Shown here: in pieces, positions 59,380 through 64,000 of the stretch
Position numbering within the stretch: the first letter of the stretch is position 1
Layout: every line of letters begins with the position of its first letter
Assembly (NCBI GenBank): GCA_950097015.1
Contig: CATNEN010000038.1
Location: forward strand, 24,242,001-24,306,000
Reading direction: 5' to 3'
Length of the DNA stretch: 64,000 bases
Source of the DNA: Macrostomum hystrix
Lineage: Eukaryota > Animalia > Platyhelminthes
The notes under the pieces: model-generated
What the model saw: only the letters and a program-made list of their open reading frames with translations
The model's database searches: none
Told to the model about the DNA's origin: nothing
Made by a program: the position numbers and the translations under genes

Positions 59380-62300
59380 GCTGACGCAATTTATACGAGT
59401 ATATCAACTTGAATCTTTGCTTCGAAGTTTTAAAGCACGCATGAAATCGAAATTTTCTTAGCTATATTGGCATTAAGATGGTATTCAAAGCCCATTTTTG
59501 TTAGACAATATGGAACATAGACTATAAATGGGGTGAGTGGCTGTGCCGTTAACACATTTAATTGCCTCTCGCACCTAGGTCCATGGGCTCGATTCAAAGG
59601 GCGAGGCCGTTGGGTAAACAACTCGACTCTCTCGAGGCATATTCGGCGTCTTGGCCTCTGCCGTCAGGCTTTCGGCGATGGCAGGGGCCGATGTCCGATA
59701 GGCGCGTACCATCTCGGCTGCATGGCAGATGTAACACACTAAAAGTGGGGAACGAACCTCGCGCTGGCAGACGGAGACCGGTTTCTAGCTTGTTTGCCTT
59801 CGTCAGTCAGCCATAGCCACTCGCAGTCCTCTCCCACCACTCTCAGTCTGCACAGAAGTCTCTTTTAAGCTTGCCATTTTTATGGCGATATTTTTTAGTG
59901 TTATGTGAGAGTTTTGCAGCCAAGTCTTTGCTTTTCTATACTGTTGTCAGTTGTCTGAATTGTATCTTTCACAGCAGAGAAAATAAAAGCGACCGTGCTG
60001 CAGCTATGCGAGTTGTCGTTTAAATGCGTCGATTCATGACTTACACAGAGCCGCAGCAGTTCCGCAGTGTCCCGAAAAGCGGCCAGTGGCTGAAGATCGA
60101 AAATGGAGGCACCGGAACGTATCATAGCTATGATATAGCTATCCATTTATGTTTTTTCTATTTTTATTTACATAACATACTCAAATAGTTTTTTATCTAT
60201 AAATTCACTTTTTATTTCGAAACAAGCTCGTCACAAAAATTAGAGCTGGTTTATGCTTTGCTATGCATATAATTTTTTAAACACATAAATAAAAAGGCGA
60301 CTAAAGTTTACAAAATTTACAGACACTTTTTTTAATTGTTTTACCTTAATTCTTATTTTTTTACAAAAAGGTAAGTCTTCTTAGAAATTTTTCTACAAAA
60401 CAAACATTACTTACCGTCCGATAGAAACCACAACTAAACACACTAACGAGTAACGAGTGTTAAAAGGAAAAATGTAGAAATTAATTTAATAAGAGATACG
60501 CCTATCAAAAAGGCATCTTTGTATTTCCAGCCTTAATTTATATTTATTAGCTAATAATTATTTGAGTTTATGAGCTATGAGAATGAGTATGAGTAGATAA
60601 ATACATGTGCATGGCCCTATTGCTCGTGCATCTGCTTTTGTGTTAATAACTTTCTTATGATCCTCATTTTTTCTATAAATAGTTATTGTAAATTAATGTA
60701 CGTTTAATGAGCGGGTCTTGCTCAGGTGTGCAGTTTATCATGTTTATGACTGTATTTGGATACCCACAAAAGACCATAAACCCACCCTATAACCTATAAT
60801 AAATGTGACTAATCTATTAACAGTTCCCCATGCCTCTATTGAAGTCTAATCCTATTTAGTGTTCACACAGAACTTACCCTAACCAAAACCATTCAACCAC
60901 CATGTCCTACTTAGTTAGTGTCATATTTCTATACATTGGGATACCCACTAAAAGTTTATAGCCTTTAGGCCCTGGATTATGCCAAGTTATTAAACTGAGC
61001 TGAAATGGTAGCTAGGGCTTGTTTAAAAAATTCTAACTAGGCCTACTTAAGATATTAAAGTTAAGAACTTTTCATTGTACTGATAGTACCAAGTTTTCTA
61101 ACATCTATGACTTGTTTGAAAAAATTCAAAAATAGGTAAATTTGATTATGCCATTTGGGATTTCTTCTTATATAATAAAAATAAAAATATTGTAAATACC
61201 TAAACTTGATTATGCCATTTGGCATAATTACCTAAATTAGATTATGCCATTTGAAATTTGAAATTGCTATGGCATACTGGTAACACAAAAACAGTTACTG
61301 GCTATCCTATAATAAACATGAGTAATATTCACTAAGTCTCCTTGACTATTGATGTAAAACCACATTTATTTGCAATTCTTGCACAAAAAACAGATACAAA
61401 TAGCTTTTAGAAGCTAACTAAAATTAGCTAACTAAGAGAAGCTAAGAAGCTAACTAAAATTAGCTTCTATAATTCCGAATTCCCTTTCCGAAAGCCCCAT
61501 TTTGTACTCTTTTTTTAACTCCCTACTAACATATAATGTCATGGTCAGCCTTGCTCCTTAGTGTATTTTTTGCACCTTAAAATTGAAGCAAGTAGTCTAT
61601 GCTTCTGTAAATAAATATATTTAGGTGAATATTAACACATGGCATATTAGTTCTAGTTTCTCTCCTTTTCCAGTTTGGCTCATGCATTAGCAATGTTTCT
61701 TGGAGTAGGTGAGTCATGTACTAATTCCTTAGCTAATTCCTGGTTCTCAATCTAGATTTTTTCCTTGAGTATTGCAATGTTAGATGCAAACGAACTTGTT
61801 ATGCTTTAACTAGTACCAGATATTTTTTTAATCAGGTTTTAATAAATTGTTTAAAATTGTTAAAAATTTAAATTTAGCATTAAAATTGAGTAAATCAAAA
61901 TTAACATAAAATATTGATACATCTATTTAACATTTAGATTTCATTCATTCAAGCTCTATAAATTCCAAGTTAATTTAACATATTGTGCAATATACTATAA
62001 AATTGACCTTATTTTGTCCTTTAGTAATCAATTATTTCGTTAATTTGAACAAATTCTTGTTTGACATAAAGTATGTATATTAGCTTCTTGCCTGTTAGCA
62101 GTTCTTGCTCCCTGGTACTTATAAGCTTTAAAAATTATTAAGACCATTATAGACCAAATAGGTAGCTAAAATATAAATAATTAGTTATTATAGCTATATG
62201 GACACTATGTTGTGCATGCAGCAAGCTTAGAACTTTAATATTAATTAGTATGTTTATTAGGATTTGAATTATAATTAATTAAAAATATTCGAATCTTAAT

Positions 62301-62586
62301 TATACTTTAAGATACACAATGTATTCAATTTAGCAGTGTATTTTAGTATCAGTGGTGACTCATAAAAAGGCTTAGTTTTTATATTGACAAGTTAAAAGTG
62401 GCTTAGTTTACTATTGCTTCCTGCAGAGGATCAGAAAGAAATGCTATAAAACTAATTTGCCTGGAGGAATTTTTTATTCCTTAATGATATAGATGTGGTT
62501 TATTTCTTTTCATTCCAGCCTTTTAAAATCAATCAATCAATCATTTTCTCTAGTCATTGTTTTGTCAATAAGGCTCTGATTTGAGC

Positions 62587-63070
62587 ATGACTTCCGGCTC
62601 AGCTATCAATCATGCTCAACTAGCTGAGCTACCAGCGGCTCCTGTTTTGAACCCAACTCTAGACTACTTGGAAGATCTGGCCAGCTATCTATCTGAAGTG
62701 GTTAGGCCACAGCTGAAAACCTCTAATGAACATTGTCTAATGTGTAAACTGGTGCTGCCAGATCAGCAGGCATTTGAAGACTGCTCAGATGCTGACTGCG
62801 ACTCTGCTGAAGCCGACGACCAGAAGAAAGGATGGCGCCCACCGTCATTCTGTTTGGATCTTGATTTACTCAGATTTCCACCTTCTAGGCAGAGAATTGG
62901 CGGCAAAGGTGGCGGCGTTTTTAACGTGCAAGGCCTGGGACCCGAGTGTCACTTGGCTGCGTTTGTTGCGCGCGCTGAAAATTCTCAAACTACTGCTGCC
63001 GGAGTTGCCGAAAGCAGCTCAGCTCAGCCTAGTATTGTGGAAGCCGAATTTTGGCGACTGTTTAACTCTA
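62587..63070 (+). CDS. JmjN/JmjC KDM5-like protein, exon 1 (JmjN)
   Basis: APVLNPT..LEDLASYL..VRP...MCKLVLP...WRPPSF...RQRI is JmjN; IVEAEFWRL is the pre-JmjC helix; donor A|gtgagt. Confidence 0.82.
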
Positions 63071-63104
63071 GTGAGTGACACTTTTCACATCCTGTCCATC
63101 ACCA

Positions 63105-63610
63105 GTAATCCACTAATCATTCCTCTTCAAATCCTGTCCAATCAGATCGATCGACTCTAAAACCCACCCCTCATTCGCTCCTCAGATCGTTTCTAATCAG
63201 ATCGATCGATTCTAAAAACCCACCTGTCATTCCCTCCTCAGATCCTGTCCAATAAGATTGATCGACTCTCTAACCCCACCAGTCATTCCCTCCGCAGAGC
63301 CTGTCCAATCAGATCGATCGACTCTCTAACCCCACCAGTCATTCCCTCCGCAGAGCCTGTCCAATCAGATTGAATCAGATTGATCGACCCTCTAACCCCA
63401 CCAGTCATTCCCTCCTCAGATCCTGTCCAATCAGATCGATCGACTCTCTAACCCCCACCAGTCATTCCCTCCTCAGATCCTGTCCAATCAGATCGATCGG
63501 CTCTCTAACCCCCACCAGTCATTCCCTCCTCAGATCCTGTCCAATCAGATCGATCGACTCTCTAACCCCCACCAGTCATTCCCTCCGCAGATCCTGTCCA
63601 ATCAGATCAA
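63105..63610. repeat. 57-bp minisatellite (CAGATCCTGTCCAATCAGATCGATCG...)
   Basis: Direct reading; intron of the Jmj gene. Confidence 0.9.
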
Positions 63611-63674
63611 TTGTCGTTTTGTTTTATTATTATTGATCCGTAAGTAAAATTCTATTTCGCCTTAACATTTCAAG

Positions 63675-64000
63675 CCTCGACGTCAGTCTTAGTTGAACAC
63701 GGCGATAAATTTCTGCCCGTTAGCGAAGATGACGGCTGGGAATTAGCGTCTAGTCTAGCCGATTGCGCCAACTTTGCCAACATTGCTGCTACATCGTTGG
63801 CGTCAACTACTAGTACTAGTTCATGGTGGCGCTGCCATATCGGCTCTAGATTAGTGTCCTCGTGTGGTCAAGGTCAAGGTCAAACGGACAACATCTTTCA
63901 ATCTGATTGGTCCGGAGTTGTGTCCTATCTGCACTGGGGCGAGCCGAGAATTTGGTATTGCTTATCAGGCGATAAGAATTCTAGCCAATCCGAGCTAAAC
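63675..64000 (+). CDS. JmjN/JmjC KDM5-like protein, exon 2 (degenerate JmjC; open to window edge)
   Basis: tttcaag|CC, phase 1; VLVEHG...GWEL...SYLHWGEPRIWY matches KDM5 VTVEYG...GWNL...[12 protein letters not shown]. Confidence 0.82.

Overview
Eukaryotic (metazoan) genomic DNA, not prokaryotic. GC-rich exons with GT-AG introns, and most larger introns are filled with a minisatellite. This architecture resembles the flatworm Macrostomum lignano (inference, not proven). Seven spliced protein-coding genes were assembled by hand with consistent intron phases: (1) a BTB-BACK protein (-, runs off the left edge); (2) TFG (-); (3) PPP1R32/SAXO4 ciliary protein (+); (4) nuclear receptor NR2E3/PNR (-, 6 coding exons over ~19 kb, ~691 aa); (5) a TauD/TfdA-family Fe(II)/2OG dioxygenase (-); (6) a TSPAN13/31-like tetraspanin (-); (7) a JmjN/JmjC KDM5-like protein (+, runs off the right edge) that lacks ARID/PHD1 and has lost its HxE iron-binding residues. 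Almost all long ORFs in the supplied track are artefacts of tandem repeats. Interspersed elements are two tRNA-derived SINE families, a MITE, a hAT end and LINE 3' remnants. Most notable: the probable pseudo-demethylase; reverse-complementary minisatellite arrays bracketing single exons (NR2E3, TFG); minisatellites apparently seeded from SINE/MITE ends; and phase-0 Met-less first exons compatible with a spliced-leader-donated AUG.
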